From the NCBI GenBank assembly GCA_016712535.1, contig JADJQW010000002.1:520254-584253 (forward strand): a DNA stretch of 64,000 nt. The letters are read 5' to 3'. Positions 1 through 9,776 of the stretch are shown here, one piece after another (positions within the stretch are counted from its first letter, which is position 1; the number at the start of each line of letters is the position of its first letter). The notes below the pieces were generated by a model. That model made no database searches. It saw only the letters and a program-made list of their open reading frames with translations, and was not told the DNA's origin. The DNA comes from Flavobacteriales bacterium. Its GTDB lineage: Bacteria; Bacteroidota; Bacteroidia; Flavobacteriales_F; PHOS-HE28. Both the position numbers and the translations under genes were made by a program.

Positions 1-2
1 AG

Positions 3-440
3 GATACCCTCGCCGGATTCCAGAGCGGTGCCGATGATTACATCACCAAGCCCTTCGGCATGGAGGAGCTCCTGCTCCGCATCAGCGCTGTACTGCGCCG
101 CACCAAGGGCGCAGAGCCGCTTCCCGAAGAGCCCGCCCTTTACCGCTTCAGCCAGTCGGAGCTCGACCATCGCAAGCAGGTGCTGCGAACCCCCGCCGGG
201 GAACGCCGCCTCACCACCAAGGAGAACGAATTGTTACGGCTCCTGTGCGTGAACCGCAACCAAGTTCTTGAGCGCACCGTGGCCCTGAACCAGGTCTGGG
301 GCAACGACAGCTATTTCAATGGCCGCAGCATGGATGTGTACATCGCCAAGCTGCGCAAGTACCTGAAAGAGGACCCCGCCACCGAGATCATCAATATACA
401 CGGCAAAGGATTCCGCATGGTTGCGCCTGACGCGCAATGA
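3..440 (+). CDS. Two-component response regulator, C-terminal part (receiver end plus OmpR-type winged-helix DNA-binding domain); 5' end lies outside the window
   Basis: Open frame from base 3: DTLAGFQSGADDYITKPFGMEELLLRISAVLRR...NQVLERTVALNQVWG...MDVYIAKLRKYLKED...IHGKGFRM. This is a typical OmpR/PhoB-family C-terminus. The ORF track lists 60..440 from an internal Met. Confidence 0.6.
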   Translation, partial: DTLAGFQSGADDYITKPFGMEELLLRISAVLRRTKGAEPLPEEPALYRFSQSELDHRKQVLRTPAGERRLTTKENELLRLLCVNRNQVLERTVALNQVWGNDSYFNGRSMDVYIAKLRKYLKEDPATEIINIHGKGFRMVAPDAQ

Positions 441-480
441 TCCGCGGGCGCCTGCGGTTGATAAGGGAAACACCCTTGTC

Positions 481-1221
481 ATGCGCACCAACCATCAAGC
501 GAACAGGACTGCTGCCTTCGGCTTCGGCGGACGGTTCAGCATCGGGCTGAGCATCGCATTGGCCTTTGTTCTGGTGGCCTTTGAATGGAAGACGACCGCG
601 AGCAGGCCTGAACCGGCCGTATGCGATCTGCTTCCCGAGCCGGTTACGCCGGACCAGCCGACCATCCTATGGACGAAACAGAAGCAGGATAACGTGGAGG
701 CTGCCGAACCCAAGCCGCGCATGAAGCGCAACGGGCCGGCTGTCGTTGGCGAATTGCCGGAGGTCATCGAAGGCAAGGAGGTGCCCGACGGTGCCGGGCC
801 AACCGATCCCGGACCCGTGATCGATGACCCCGGGCCCGCGCCGGTTCCTTACCGTGAAGAGAAGGTGGAGACCCCGCCGACACCGTGGGACCGTGTGGAG
901 CAGCGACCCTACTTCCGCAAATGCCTCGACGCACGAAGGGCGGATCTTGATGAATGCACCGAGCGGACGATCGACCTGCACCTGAAGCGGTATTTCGTTG
1001 TGCCGGAAGCGATGCGGCGCGAGGAACGCACCACCGTCTCCATCGTGATCGACGCGGAAGGCCGCATAGCCAACGTGCTTTGCGTGCCGAAGCCGAGCCC
1101 GGCGGTGGCTGCTGAGATCGAGCGGGTGATCCGTGGATTGCCTCCCATGAATCCAGCCACGCAGAACGGCCTGCCGGTGCCGGTCGTCTTCCAACTGCCA
1201 TTCCGCGTTTCGCGCCTCTGA
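481..1221 (+). CDS. Energy transducer TonB-family protein (N-terminal TM anchor, Pro-rich linker, TonB C-terminal domain)
   Basis: ATG at 481 is followed by a hydrophobic segment (FSIGLSIALAFVLVAF). A Pro-rich spacer (PVTPDQP...DPGPVIDDPGPAPVP) follows. The C-terminus (RPYF...TVSIVIDAEGRIANV...AAEIERVIRGL...NGLPVPVVFQLPFRV) resembles the TonB_C fold. The ORF-track start at 421 is a TTG. Confidence 0.55.
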   Translation: MRTNHQANRTAAFGFGGRFSIGLSIALAFVLVAFEWKTTASRPEPAVCDLLPEPVTPDQPTILWTKQKQDNVEAAEPKPRMKRNGPAVVGELPEVIEGKEVPDGAGPTDPGPVIDDPGPAPVPYREEKVETPPTPWDRVEQRPYFRKCLDARRADLDECTERTIDLHLKRYFVVPEAMRREERTTVSIVIDAEGRIANVLCVPKPSPAVAAEIERVIRGLPPMNPATQNGLPVPVVFQLPFRVSRL

Positions 1222-1344
1222 TCCGCTTCCACGGAAGCCTGTTGCAAACCGTGCAGGGCCTGCCGCCGGGTGCATTGGGGGCTGCGGCTATCTTCGGCCC
1301 GTCGCGGGCGAAGCACGCAAGCGACTGAACCAACAACCCAACGC

Positions 1345-2652
1345 ATGAAGCACTTGTACCTTTTCGCGGCAGCTGCACTGCTGAGCACCGCCAGCGCCAC
1401 GGCGCAGAACACCAAGCACCCCAGCGGCGCATCGCCGGAACTGGTGCAGTTGAAATCAACCCCGCGTTCTACGGATTGGGCCACCGGCCTGCGCGGCGGC
1501 GGACCGGCCAACGATGAGTGCGCTGGTGCCATCGCCATGACCGTGAATGGCGATTGCGTATCGGTGGACGCCACGCTTGCCGGTGCCACCGAATCGCAGG
1601 CGGCATCGCAGTGCAGCGGATTCACATCCTCGGTTGCCAATGACGTGTGGTTCTCCTTCGTCGCCACATCCACCACCACGGCGATCTCCGTGACCGGCGG
1701 CGCTGGCACGACTGATCCGGACACCACCGGCATCGATCCCGTGTTCGAGCTCTTCAGCGGCGATTGCGGCAGCCTCACCGCCATCGGCTGCGTGGATGCC
1801 ACGCTTCCTGCCGGCACCACGGAGACCGCGCAGGCAACGACTGTTGTCGGCACCACCTATTACTACCGCGTCTATTACTGGGCCTACGGTGGCGCACCCA
1901 CCAATTTCGACTTCACCACCTGCGTGTACGCCGTGACGCTCCCGAATCCCCCTGCCAATGATGATTGCGCAGGAGCCACCGTGGTGACGCCTCTCGCGTT
2001 CTGCGGCCCGCTGAACTATTCCGGCGTGGGCGCTACCCAGTCTCTGCCTGGTGTGGTTTGCAACGGGTTCACCGGCAATGCCAACGATGATATCTGGTTC
2101 TCCTTCGTCGCCACGCAGACGACGATGACCATTGGTGCTACCGGCGCCGCTGGACCGGGTGCTGATAACGTGGTATACGATGCCGTGGTGGAGGCTTTCG
2201 ATGCATGCGGCGGAACATCCATCGGCTGCGCAGACGCCACCCTGAGCGCTGAAACCGAATCCTTGGAGCTCAGCGGCCTTACCGTGGGCAACACCTACTA
2301 CTTCCGTGTTTACCACTTTTTCACGCCTGCAGCCGACCCATTTGTTGTGGCTGTTTGCGTGGTGGAAGGTGGCGGGATCAATATCAGCGTGCCTGAATTG
2401 GCTGCCGGGCAGGAGTGGGTGCTCTACCCGAACCCCGCTGCCAACAGCGTGAGCCTGAGCTACGCCGGTGCGACGGGCATGGGCAGCATCGAGCTCTTCG
2501 ATGTGAGCGGCCGTCTGGCCTTGGCTCAGCGCGGCACCCTTGCCACCAACACCACTCAGCAGATCAACGTGGAGGCCCTTGCTCCCGGTGCATACACCGT
2601 GCGCGTGACCTTGAACGGCCAGCGCACCGAGCAGCGCTTGGTGATCGAGTAA
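1345..2652 (+). CDS. Secreted hypothetical protein with an internal duplicated domain and a T9SS (type-A, Por_Secre_tail-like) C-terminal sorting domain
   Basis: Signal peptide MKHLYLFAAAALLSTASATAQ. Two homologous ~150-aa units (ANDECAGAIAM...NDVWFSFVAT...TYYYRVYYW and ANDDCAGATVV...DDIWFSFVAT...TYYFRVYHF). C-terminus LYPNPAANSVSLSY...GAYTVRVTLNGQ is a typical T9SS CTD. Confidence 0.6.
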   Translation: MKHLYLFAAAALLSTASATAQNTKHPSGASPELVQLKSTPRSTDWATGLRGGGPANDECAGAIAMTVNGDCVSVDATLAGATESQAASQCSGFTSSVANDVWFSFVATSTTTAISVTGGAGTTDPDTTGIDPVFELFSGDCGSLTAIGCVDATLPAGTTETAQATTVVGTTYYYRVYYWAYGGAPTNFDFTTCVYAVTLPNPPANDDCAGATVVTPLAFCGPLNYSGVGATQSLPGVVCNGFTGNANDDIWFSFVATQTTMTIGATGAAGPGADNVVYDAVVEAFDACGGTSIGCADATLSAETESLELSGLTVGNTYYFRVYHFFTPAADPFVVAVCVVEGGGINISVPELAAGQEWVLYPNPAANSVSLSYAGATGMGSIELFDVSGRLALAQRGTLATNTTQQINVEALAPGAYTVRVTLNGQRTEQRLVIE

Positions 2653-2674
2653 TCGGATACGGATTCCGTTTGTC

Positions 2675-2703
2675 GAAGGGCGCTCCATCATGGAGCGCCC
2701 TTC
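2675..2703. terminator. Bidirectional hairpin between convergent genes (12-bp perfect stem GAAGGGCGCTCC/GGAGCGCCCTTC, 5-nt loop)
   Basis: Perfect inverted repeat read directly from the sequence. It lies between the stop of the 1345..2652 gene and the stop of the minus-strand SDR gene. Coordinates are approximate (+/-2). Confidence 0.45.
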
Positions 2704-2722
2704 GCGCATTCAGGGCAAGGGG

Positions 2723-3505
2723 TCAGAGGGAGGCCGTGCGCCCGCCATCCACAGGCAGGTTGATGCCGTTGATGCACGCACCGGACGGTCCGGCCAGGAA
2801 TGCCACCGCGAACGCGACCTCTTCGGGCCTGGCGAAACGGCGGAGCGGTATCTCAGCGCGCATTTCCTCGGATGCGTGCTCCTCGCTGATGCCCTGCTTG
2901 GCGGCCTTGTTGCGGATGATCGCTGTGAGGCGGTCGGTCTCGGTGGCCCCAGGCAGCACGTTGTTCACCGTGATTCCGAATGGCCCGAGCTCATTGGCCA
3001 TGGTCTTGGCCCAATTGGCCACCGCTGCGCGAATGGCGTTGCTCACGCCCAGGTTGTGCAGCGGCTGCTTCACGCTTGTGCTGATGATGTTGATGATGCG
3101 GCCGTGCCCGCGCTGCTTCATGCCGGGCACCAAGGCGCGAGCAACGGCCTGGTAAGCGATCAGGTGCTGGCGAAAGGCGGCTTCGAAGGCGATGGTGTCC
3201 GCCTCGTGCGCAGGTCCGGGAGCTGGCCCACCGCTGTTGTTCACCACGATATCAATCGGTGATTCGGCCGCGCGCGCCGCGATCAGCGAGGCTAGGGTTT
3301 CCGTATCGCTCACATCCACGACGATGGAGCGATGCGGCGCATGGGCAGCGGGCAATTCGCGCAGCAAGGCATCTAATCGCGATTGGTCGCGGGCCACGGC
3401 GGTTATGCTCGCGCCAAGACCGGCCAGCACCTGTGCCGAAGCCTTCCCGATCCCTTGCGAAGCGCCCATCACCAAGGCGTGCTGCCCATCGAGTCTGATA
3501 TCCAT
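2723..3505 (-). CDS. Classical short-chain dehydrogenase/reductase (SDR) family oxidoreductase
   Basis: [13 protein letters not shown] Rossmann motif, a NNSGG segment and overall SDR layout. Start chosen at Met 3505 ([14 protein letters not shown]). An upstream Met at 3550 is possible. Confidence 0.7.
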   Translation of the reverse strand: MDIRLDGQHALVMGASQGIGKASAQVLAGLGASITAVARDQSRLDALLRELPAAHAPHRSIVVDVSDTETLASLIAARAAESPIDIVVNNSGGPAPGPAHEADTIAFEAAFRQHLIAYQAVARALVPGMKQRGHGRIINIISTSVKQPLHNLGVSNAIRAAVANWAKTMANELGPFGITVNNVLPGATETDRLTAIIRNKAAKQGISEEHASEEMRAEIPLRRFARPEEVAFAVAFLAGPSGACINGINLPVDGGRTASL

Positions 3506-3586
3506 GGCGGCAAAGGTGCGGCCGGTAGGCCATTCTTGATCCGCGCTCATGCGGCCGGTTACTTTCGCCGCCAACACGAAACGAGC

Positions 3587-4780
3587 ATGTACGGCAAGCT
3601 GCAAGAGCATCTCCAGAAGGAATTGTCGGCCATTGAGCAGGCCGGCCTATTCAAGCGCGAGCGCATCATCACCAGCGAGCAGGGTGCTGAAATCACGGTG
3701 AATGGACGCACGGTGCTGAACTTCTGCGCCAACAACTACCTCGGGCTGTCGTCTCATCCGGAGGTGATCGCGGCGGCGCACGCCACCCTTGACGCGCACG
3801 GTTACGGCATGAGCAGCGTGCGCTTCATCTGCGGGACGCAGGACATCCACAAGGAACTGGAAGCGAAGCTGGCGGCCTTCCACGGCACAGAGGATACCAT
3901 CCTCTACGCGGCCTGCTTCGATGCGAATGGAGGCGTATTCGAGCCATTGCTCGGCGAAGAGGATGCCATCATCAGCGATGCGCTCAATCACGCCAGCATC
4001 ATCGACGGCGTCCGGCTGTGCAAGGCGAAACGTTACCGCTACGCCAACAACGACATGGCCGACCTGGAGCAGCAGCTCAAGCAGGCCCGGGCCGATGGCG
4101 CACGCCACATCATCATCGTCACCGATGGGGTCTTCAGCATGGACGGTATCGTGGCTGACCTCAAAGGCGTTTGCGAACTGGCCGACCGTTACGAGGCGCT
4201 CGTGATGGTGGATGAGTGCCATGCGGCGGGCTTCATCGGCAGAACTGGCCGCGGCAGCGTGGAGCATTGCGGTGTGATGGGCCGCGTGGACATCATCACC
4301 GGCACCCTGGGCAAGGCATTAGGGGGGGCCATGGGCGGTTACACCACCGGTCGGAAGGAGATCATCGAGATGCTTCGCCAGCGTTCACGGCCCTACCTCT
4401 TCAGCAATTCACTGGCGCCATCCATCGTGGGGGCGTCCATCAAGGTGATCGACCTGCTCAGCGCGAGCACTGAATTGCGCGATCGGCTTGAAAAGAACGT
4501 AGACCGCTTCCGGAACGGCATTGAGGCCTTCGGATTCAAGACGCGTGGTGCCGGGGCAGCCATCGTCCCTGTGATGCTCGGAGATGCCAGGCTCAGCCAG
4601 GTGATGGCCGACAAGCTCCTCGATGAGGGCATCTACGTGATCGGCTTCTTCTTCCCGGTAGTGCCGAAGGATACCGCACGGATCCGTGTGCAGCTGAGCG
4701 CGGCCCACACCGATGCGCACATCGACCGGGCGCTTGCGGCATTCCGGAAGGTGGGGAAGGAGTTGGGCGTCATTGCCTAA
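3587..4780 (+). CDS. kbl: Glycine C-acetyltransferase / 2-amino-3-ketobutyrate CoA ligase (PLP-dependent, class II aminotransferase family)
   Basis: [23 protein letters not shown]...[36 protein letters not shown]...SMDGIVADL...[14 protein letters not shown]. Collinear with Kbl/AONS-family enzymes, including the PLP-binding Lys region. Confidence 0.85.
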   Translation: MYGKLQEHLQKELSAIEQAGLFKRERIITSEQGAEITVNGRTVLNFCANNYLGLSSHPEVIAAAHATLDAHGYGMSSVRFICGTQDIHKELEAKLAAFHGTEDTILYAACFDANGGVFEPLLGEEDAIISDALNHASIIDGVRLCKAKRYRYANNDMADLEQQLKQARADGARHIIIVTDGVFSMDGIVADLKGVCELADRYEALVMVDECHAAGFIGRTGRGSVEHCGVMGRVDIITGTLGKALGGAMGGYTTGRKEIIEMLRQRSRPYLFSNSLAPSIVGASIKVIDLLSASTELRDRLEKNVDRFRNGIEAFGFKTRGAGAAIVPVMLGDARLSQVMADKLLDEGIYVIGFFFPVVPKDTARIRVQLSAAHTDAHIDRALAAFRKVGKELGVIA

Positions 4781-4881
4781 CGGGTCATTGTTGATTCGAT
4801 GAAGAGCGCAGTGCAGGACCCGATCCGCCGGTCTTCGAACTTTGGCGCGGTCTTCGTTAACGAAATGCAAAACCCTTGAAT

Positions 4882-5499
4882 ATGCGCTCTTCAAACTTCT
4901 CGTTCTGCGCCACGGCCGCGCTCCTCCTCTCCGGTGCTGTTGCATCTGCGCAATCCTTCGATGTAGGAAGCAATGGAATCAACCTGGGCCTTGGCCTCGG
5001 TGGCGGCAGGTACTCCTACATCACGGGTGTCGGCAACTACAGGGTCTCACCGGCTTTTGTGCTTTCCTACGACCGCGGGATCACCCAGCTCGGCCCCGGC
5101 GTGCTCGCCATTGGGGGCATGATCGCCAATCAAACGGTGAAGTACGAGTACAACTACAGCTCCTTCGGGTACACGTATAACTACGACCGGCGCTGGTCGA
5201 ACACCTTGGTTGGCGCCCGAGGCACTTGGCATTGGAATGACTGGCATGGCAACGACAAGCTTGATCTGTATGCAGGTGTATTCGCCGGTTATAACATCGG
5301 GACCTATCGTAACAAGTCGACCAGGACCCTTAACGGAGTGACGACTACCTGGGATGATGGATATTCCGCTACCTCAAGTTACCTGAGGAGCGGTGTCTTC
5401 GCCGGCTGCCGTTATCTCTTCACGGAGAAGTTCGGCGTTTATGGAGAGTTGGGCTATGGCATCGCCTATCTGAACGCCGGGGTCACTTTGGTGCTCTGA
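4882..5499 (+). CDS. Outer-membrane beta-barrel (porin-family/OmpW-like) protein
   Basis: Signal peptide (AALLLSGAVASAQS), Gly/Tyr-rich alternating beta-strand pattern and a C-terminal aromatic-rich strand. ATG at 4882; the ORF-track start at 4876 is TTG. Confidence 0.55.
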   Translation: MRSSNFSFCATAALLLSGAVASAQSFDVGSNGINLGLGLGGGRYSYITGVGNYRVSPAFVLSYDRGITQLGPGVLAIGGMIANQTVKYEYNYSSFGYTYNYDRRWSNTLVGARGTWHWNDWHGNDKLDLYAGVFAGYNIGTYRNKSTRTLNGVTTTWDDGYSATSSYLRSGVFAGCRYLFTEKFGVYGELGYGIAYLNAGVTLVL

Positions 5500-5593
5500 C
5501 CGGTCGGAAGCTTTTGAGCGCAACGGCCACCCTCAATGGGTGGCCGTTGCGTTTCGCCGCAGGCTGGGTCACCGCCATGGGTATCGATTGTGC

Positions 5594-5621
5594 TTGCATA
5601 TCCGCCAAGCCGCTATATTCG
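5594..5621 (+). promoter_or_regulatory. Candidate Bacteroidetes sigma-A promoter (TTG ... 17 nt ... TATATTCG) upstream of rplM
   Basis: TTG at ~5594 and a near-match to the TAnnTTTG -7 box (TATATTCG) at ~5614..5621, about 70 nt upstream of the rplM ATG. Identified by eye only. Confidence 0.2.
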
Positions 5622-5689
5622 CAGCCCGTTTTCGGGGAAGTACCCTTTCAATCCGCACTCACGTGGCATCCACGACCCACACCACCAGC

Positions 5690-6118
5690 ATGGCCAACGA
5701 GGCCACCGTGCAGCAAGAATGGCTGCTGGTAGACGCTGAGAACGAAGTACTTGGACGCTTGGCCAGCAAAGTGGCCATGCTGGTCCGGGGCAAGCACAAG
5801 ACCACTTTCACACCGCATGTGAACTGCGGCGACCAGGTGATCGTGATCAACGCCGATAAGGTGCGCCTGACCGGAACCAAGATGGCCGATAAGGAATACC
5901 AGCGCTACAGCCTCTATCCCGGTGGCCAGACCATTGAGAAGGCCAAGGACCTGAAGGTCCGCAAGCCAGAGGCCCTGCTTGAGAATGCCGTGCGCGGCAT
6001 GCTCCCCAAGAACCGCTTGGGCCGCCGCCTATTCAGCAACCTGCATGTCGTGGTGGGCACCGCTCACAAGCACGACGCCCAGAAGCCCCGCACCTTCGAC
6101 CTGAACACGATCAAGTAA
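5690..6118 (+). CDS. rplM: 50S ribosomal protein L13
   Basis: MANEATVQQEWLLVDAENEVLGRLASKVAMLVRGKHKTTFTPHVNCGDQVIVINADKVRLTG... Strong match to the L13 family. Start taken at internal Met 5690 of ORF 5540..6118. Confidence 0.9.
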   Translation: MANEATVQQEWLLVDAENEVLGRLASKVAMLVRGKHKTTFTPHVNCGDQVIVINADKVRLTGTKMADKEYQRYSLYPGGQTIEKAKDLKVRKPEALLENAVRGMLPKNRLGRRLFSNLHVVVGTAHKHDAQKPRTFDLNTIK

Positions 6119-6119
6119 G

Positions 6120-6506
6120 ATGGCAACCACCAACAGCCTCGGTCGCCGCAAGACCAGCATCGCCCGCGTGATCCTCGCCGAAGGCAAGGGCACCATCACG
6201 GTGAATGGCCGCGACAGCAAGCAGTATTTCCCCATCCTGCTGCAGCAGTACAAAGTGCAGCAGCCCTTCGCCCTCACCGAGACGGTGGGCAAGTACGATG
6301 TGACCGCCACCATCGACGGGGGCGGCATCACCGGCCAGGTGGAGGCCCTGCGCCTGGGCATCGCCCGTGCATTGGTGAAGATCGATGCCGAGCACAAGCC
6401 CAAGCTCAAGGCGCTCGACCTCATGACGCGCGACCCCCGCGAGGTGGAGCGCAAGAAGTTCGGTCGCAAGAAGGCGCGCAAGCGCTTCCAATTCAGCAAG
6501 CGTTAA
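6120..6506 (+). CDS. rpsI: 30S ribosomal protein S9
   Basis: 128 aa, ...GGGITGQVEALRLGIARALVK...RDPREVERKKFGRKKARKRFQFSKR. Canonical S9 C-terminus. Confidence 0.9.
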   Translation: MATTNSLGRRKTSIARVILAEGKGTITVNGRDSKQYFPILLQQYKVQQPFALTETVGKYDVTATIDGGGITGQVEALRLGIARALVKIDAEHKPKLKALDLMTRDPREVERKKFGRKKARKRFQFSKR

Positions 6507-6650
6507 GGTCCCTGCGCTTGGTGGCCCGCCGTAGCCTTGGCGAAGGCGGGTTCAGCATCCAATTCAAGAGGACTCGGTTGACCCCGGCTACCCCTTGAAT
6601 GCCTGCACAACGGGAAAAAGGAAAGTGAACCCAAACAGAACGACGAGGAC

Positions 6651-7478
6651 ATGGCACGAGTAGAATTCGAGCGCCTGCTGGAGGCCGGCGCGCATTTCGG
6701 GCATCTGCGCCGGAAGTGGAACCCGAACATGGCCCCCTATATCTTCGGGGAGAAGAAGGGCATCCACATCATCGACCTGAACAAGACTTCGGCGAAGCTT
6801 GAAGAAGCGGCGAACGCGATGAAGAGCATCGCTCGCGGCGGCAAGAAGATCCTGTTCGTCGCCACCAAGAAGCAGGCGAAGGACATTGTCGCGAACAAGG
6901 TGAAGCCCACGGGCATGCCCTTCGTCACGGAGCGTTGGAGCGGTGGCATGCTCACCAACTTCGCCACCATCCGGCGCACCATCAAGAAGATGGCCACCAT
7001 CGACCGCATGAAGACCGATGGCACCTTCGAGAACATGAGCAAGCGCGAGCGCCTGCAGGTGATGCGCCAGCGCGAGAAGATGGAGAAGAACCTTGGCTCG
7101 GTGGTTGACCTCACCCGCCTGCCCAGCGCCCTTTTCATCGTCGACATCGTGAAGGAGCACATCGCTGTGGCCGAGGCCCGCAAGCTGAGCATCCCCACCT
7201 TCGCCATCGTGGACACCAACAGCGACCCTACGCTGGTGGATTTCCCGATCCCGGCCAACGATGATGCCACCAAGAGCATCGAGCTCATCACCGACGTGAT
7301 GATCCAGGCCATTAACGAAGGCCTTGAGGAGCGCAAGAACGATAAGACCGCAGTGGACGAAGGCGCCGAAGAGGAAGGAGAGGCGTCCGACGCCGTTGAG
7401 GGCACGGATGGCGCTCCGGTAGCCGCTGCTGAAGAAGTGGCTCCTGCCGCAGAATCCGGCACCGACGCAACCGCCTGA
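6651..7478 (+). CDS. rpsB: 30S ribosomal protein S2 (with acidic C-terminal extension)
   Basis: MARVEFERLLEAGAHFGHLRRKWNPNMAPYIFGEKKGIHIIDL... S2 family. Confidence 0.9.
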   Translation: MARVEFERLLEAGAHFGHLRRKWNPNMAPYIFGEKKGIHIIDLNKTSAKLEEAANAMKSIARGGKKILFVATKKQAKDIVANKVKPTGMPFVTERWSGGMLTNFATIRRTIKKMATIDRMKTDGTFENMSKRERLQVMRQREKMEKNLGSVVDLTRLPSALFIVDIVKEHIAVAEARKLSIPTFAIVDTNSDPTLVDFPIPANDDATKSIELITDVMIQAINEGLEERKNDKTAVDEGAEEEGEASDAVEGTDGAPVAAAEEVAPAAESGTDATA

Positions 7479-7531
7479 GGCATCTTGAACCGCACGGGCG
7501 GGATTCTCCCGTTCCGACCAATTCCTCCAAA

Positions 7532-8371
7532 ATGAGCACCATGGCTATCACCGCCACCGACGTGAACAAGCTGCGCCAGATCACCGGCGCCGGCATGATG
7601 GATTGCAAGCAGGCCCTCACCGAGGCCAATGGCGACTTCGATGCGGCCATTGACATCCTGCGCAAGAAGGGCCAGAAAGTGGCCGCCAAGCGCGCTGATC
7701 GCGATGCCTCCGAGGGCCTCGTGATCGCGAAGACCAGCGCCGACGGCACCCGTGGCGTGCTGGTCTGCACCAATTGCGAGACCGACTTCGTGGCCAAGAA
7801 CGCCGACTTCGCCGCCATGGCCGGGCGCATCGCCGACATCGCCTTGGAGAAGGGCCTCGACAGCATCGATGCGCTGAAGGCCGCTGCTTATGACAGCAAC
7901 GGCCTTTCCATCGCTGAGAAGCTCATTGAGCAGACCGGCGTGATCGGCGAGAAGATCGATGTGAGCGCTTGTCATGCGCTCAGCGCGGGCTTCGTGTTCG
8001 CGTACAACCACCCCGGCAACAAGGTGGCGAGCCTCGTGGGCCTGAGCAAGGCAGGCTTCGATGGCGTGGCCAAGGATGTGGCCATGCAGGTGGCCGCCAT
8101 GGCGCCCATCGCCCTCGATAAGGCCAGCACCCCGCAGAGCGTGATCGACAAGGAGATCGAGATCGGCAAGGACCTCGCGATCCAGGAAGGCAAGCCTGCT
8201 GACATGGCTGAGAAGATCGCCCTTGGCCGACTGAACAAGTTCTTCAAGGAGAGCACCCTGCTCGCGCAAGAGTTCATCAAGGACAACAAGCTCAACGTGG
8301 AGCAGTACGTGAAGAGCGCCGATAAGGACCTCTCGGTCACCGGCTTCAAGCGGCACTCGCTCACGATCTGA
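7532..8371 (+). CDS. tsf: Translation elongation factor Ts
   Basis: ITATDVNKLRQITGAGMMDCKQALTEANGDFDAAIDILRKKGQKVAAKRADRDASEGLV... EF-Ts UBA-like N-terminus and dimerisation core. Alternative start at Met 7541. Confidence 0.9.
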   Translation: MSTMAITATDVNKLRQITGAGMMDCKQALTEANGDFDAAIDILRKKGQKVAAKRADRDASEGLVIAKTSADGTRGVLVCTNCETDFVAKNADFAAMAGRIADIALEKGLDSIDALKAAAYDSNGLSIAEKLIEQTGVIGEKIDVSACHALSAGFVFAYNHPGNKVASLVGLSKAGFDGVAKDVAMQVAAMAPIALDKASTPQSVIDKEIEIGKDLAIQEGKPADMAEKIALGRLNKFFKESTLLAQEFIKDNKLNVEQYVKSADKDLSVTGFKRHSLTI

Positions 8372-8392
8372 GCCATTGCAACAACTGATCGA

Positions 8393-8428
8393 AGAGGGAG
8401 GCCCGCGCCTCCCTCTTTTCTTTTCTTT
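8393..8428 (+). terminator. Rho-independent terminator after tsf (10-bp GC-rich stem AGAGGGAGGC/GCCTCCCTCT followed by a TTTCTTTTCTTT tract)
   Basis: Read directly from the sequence 22 bp after the tsf stop. Stem-loop plus a U-rich tail on the coding strand. Confidence 0.65.
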
Positions 8429-8440
8429 GGCCCGCTCATC

Positions 8441-9151
8441 ATGGCCACCCCCTACAAGCGAATCCTCCTGAAGCTCTCCGGCGAGAGCCTCATGGGCGAT
8501 CTGGACTACGGCATCGACCCGCAGCGCATCGGCCAATACGCCGATGAGATCATCGGCATCGCCAAGCAGGGCGTCGAGGTGGCCGTGGTCATCGGCGGGG
8601 GCAACATCTATCGCGGCATGCAAGCCGAAGGCAGCATTGACCGTGTACAAGGCGATCACATGGGCATGCTCGCCACCGTGATCAACAGCCTGGCCTTGCA
8701 GAGCGCACTCGAGGCCAAAGGCCACAAGACCCGCTTGATGACCGCCATCAAGATGGAGCAGATCGCCGAACCCTTCATCCGCCGCCGGGCCGTGCGCCAT
8801 CTGGAGAAGGGCCGGGTGGTCATCTTCGGCGCCGGCACGGGCAACCCCTACTTCACCACGGATACGGCTGCGAGCCTGCGCGCCATCGAGATCGAGGCCG
8901 ACGTGATCCTGAAAGGCACGCGCGTGGACGGCATCTACACCGCCGACCCCGAGAAGGACAAGACCGCAACCAAGTACGAGAGCATCTCATTCGCTGAGGT
9001 CTATGCCAAGGGCCTCAATGTGATGGACATGACGGCCTTCACGCTCTGCAAGGAGAACAAGCTGCCGATCATCGTCTTCGACATGAACAAGCCCGGCAAT
9101 CTCGGCCGACTGATCGCTGGCGAGCGCGTGGGCACGCTGGTGGAGTTCTGA
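8441..9151 (+). CDS. pyrH: UMP kinase
   Basis: [19 protein letters not shown]...[11 protein letters not shown]... Canonical PyrH. Confidence 0.9.
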   Translation: MATPYKRILLKLSGESLMGDLDYGIDPQRIGQYADEIIGIAKQGVEVAVVIGGGNIYRGMQAEGSIDRVQGDHMGMLATVINSLALQSALEAKGHKTRLMTAIKMEQIAEPFIRRRAVRHLEKGRVVIFGAGTGNPYFTTDTAASLRAIEIEADVILKGTRVDGIYTADPEKDKTATKYESISFAEVYAKGLNVMDMTAFTLCKENKLPIIVFDMNKPGNLGRLIAGERVGTLVEF

Positions 9152-9215
9152 AGCATTTCCGCGCCCGGAGCGCGCCGCTATTTTTGCGGCCCCTCAAGGG
9201 CCAATCCATTGCACC

Positions 9216-9776
9216 ATGATCAACAGCGCCGCCACCCTGAACACTTGCGAGGACCACATGCGCAAGGCCGTTGACCACCTTGAGCTCGAACTCACCAAGA
9301 TCCGCGCAGGCGCCGCCAACCCGGGCATGCTCGAGACCGTGCGCGTTGATTATTACGGCCAGATGGTGCCGCTCTCGCAAGTGGCATCGGTGAACACCGG
9401 CGATGCGCGCACCTTGTTCGTGAAACCGTGGGAGAAGAAGATGATCGACCCCATCGAGAAGGCCATCATCGGCGCCAACCTCGGCTTCAATCCCAGCAAC
9501 AACGGCGAGAGCGTGATCATCCATGTGCCCATGCTCACTGAGGAGCGGCGCAAGGCGCTGGTGAAGAGCGCGCATGCGGAGATGGAGCACGCCAAGGTGG
9601 GCATCCGCAGCAGCCGTCAGAAGGCCATGGAGGCCATCAAGGCCGCCAAGAAGGAAGGCCTGCCGGAGGACAACGCCAAGGACCTGGAGGGCCAGGTGGA
9701 GAAGCTAACGGGTACCTACAACAAGAAAGCGGATGAGTTGCTGGCCGCTAAGGAGAAGGACATCATGAAGGTCTAA
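9216..9776 (+). CDS. frr: Ribosome recycling factor
   Basis: 186 aa; ...ETVRVDYYGQMVPLSQVASVNTGDARTLFVKPWEKKMIDPIEKAI... Confidence 0.9.
   Translation: MINSAATLNTCEDHMRKAVDHLELELTKIRAGAANPGMLETVRVDYYGQMVPLSQVASVNTGDARTLFVKPWEKKMIDPIEKAIIGANLGFNPSNNGESVIIHVPMLTEERRKALVKSAHAEMEHAKVGIRSSRQKAMEAIKAAKKEGLPEDNAKDLEGQVEKLTGTYNKKADELLAAKEKDIMKV

Noticed and set aside
1456-2709. 417-aa minus-strand ORF
   Set aside because: Lies entirely antisense to the well-supported T9SS secreted-protein gene (signal peptide, duplicated domain, CTD). Long antisense ORFs are expected at ~65% GC.
3383-3586. N-terminal 68-aa extension of the kbl ORF
   Set aside because: The Kbl homology begins at Met 3587 (MYGKLQEH...). 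The upstream extension overlaps the divergent SDR gene and is not conserved-looking.
6737-8800. 687-aa minus-strand ORF
   Set aside because: Antisense to rpsB, tsf and pyrH, which have unmistakable family signatures. Its translation is low-complexity Ala/Gly/Ser-rich.
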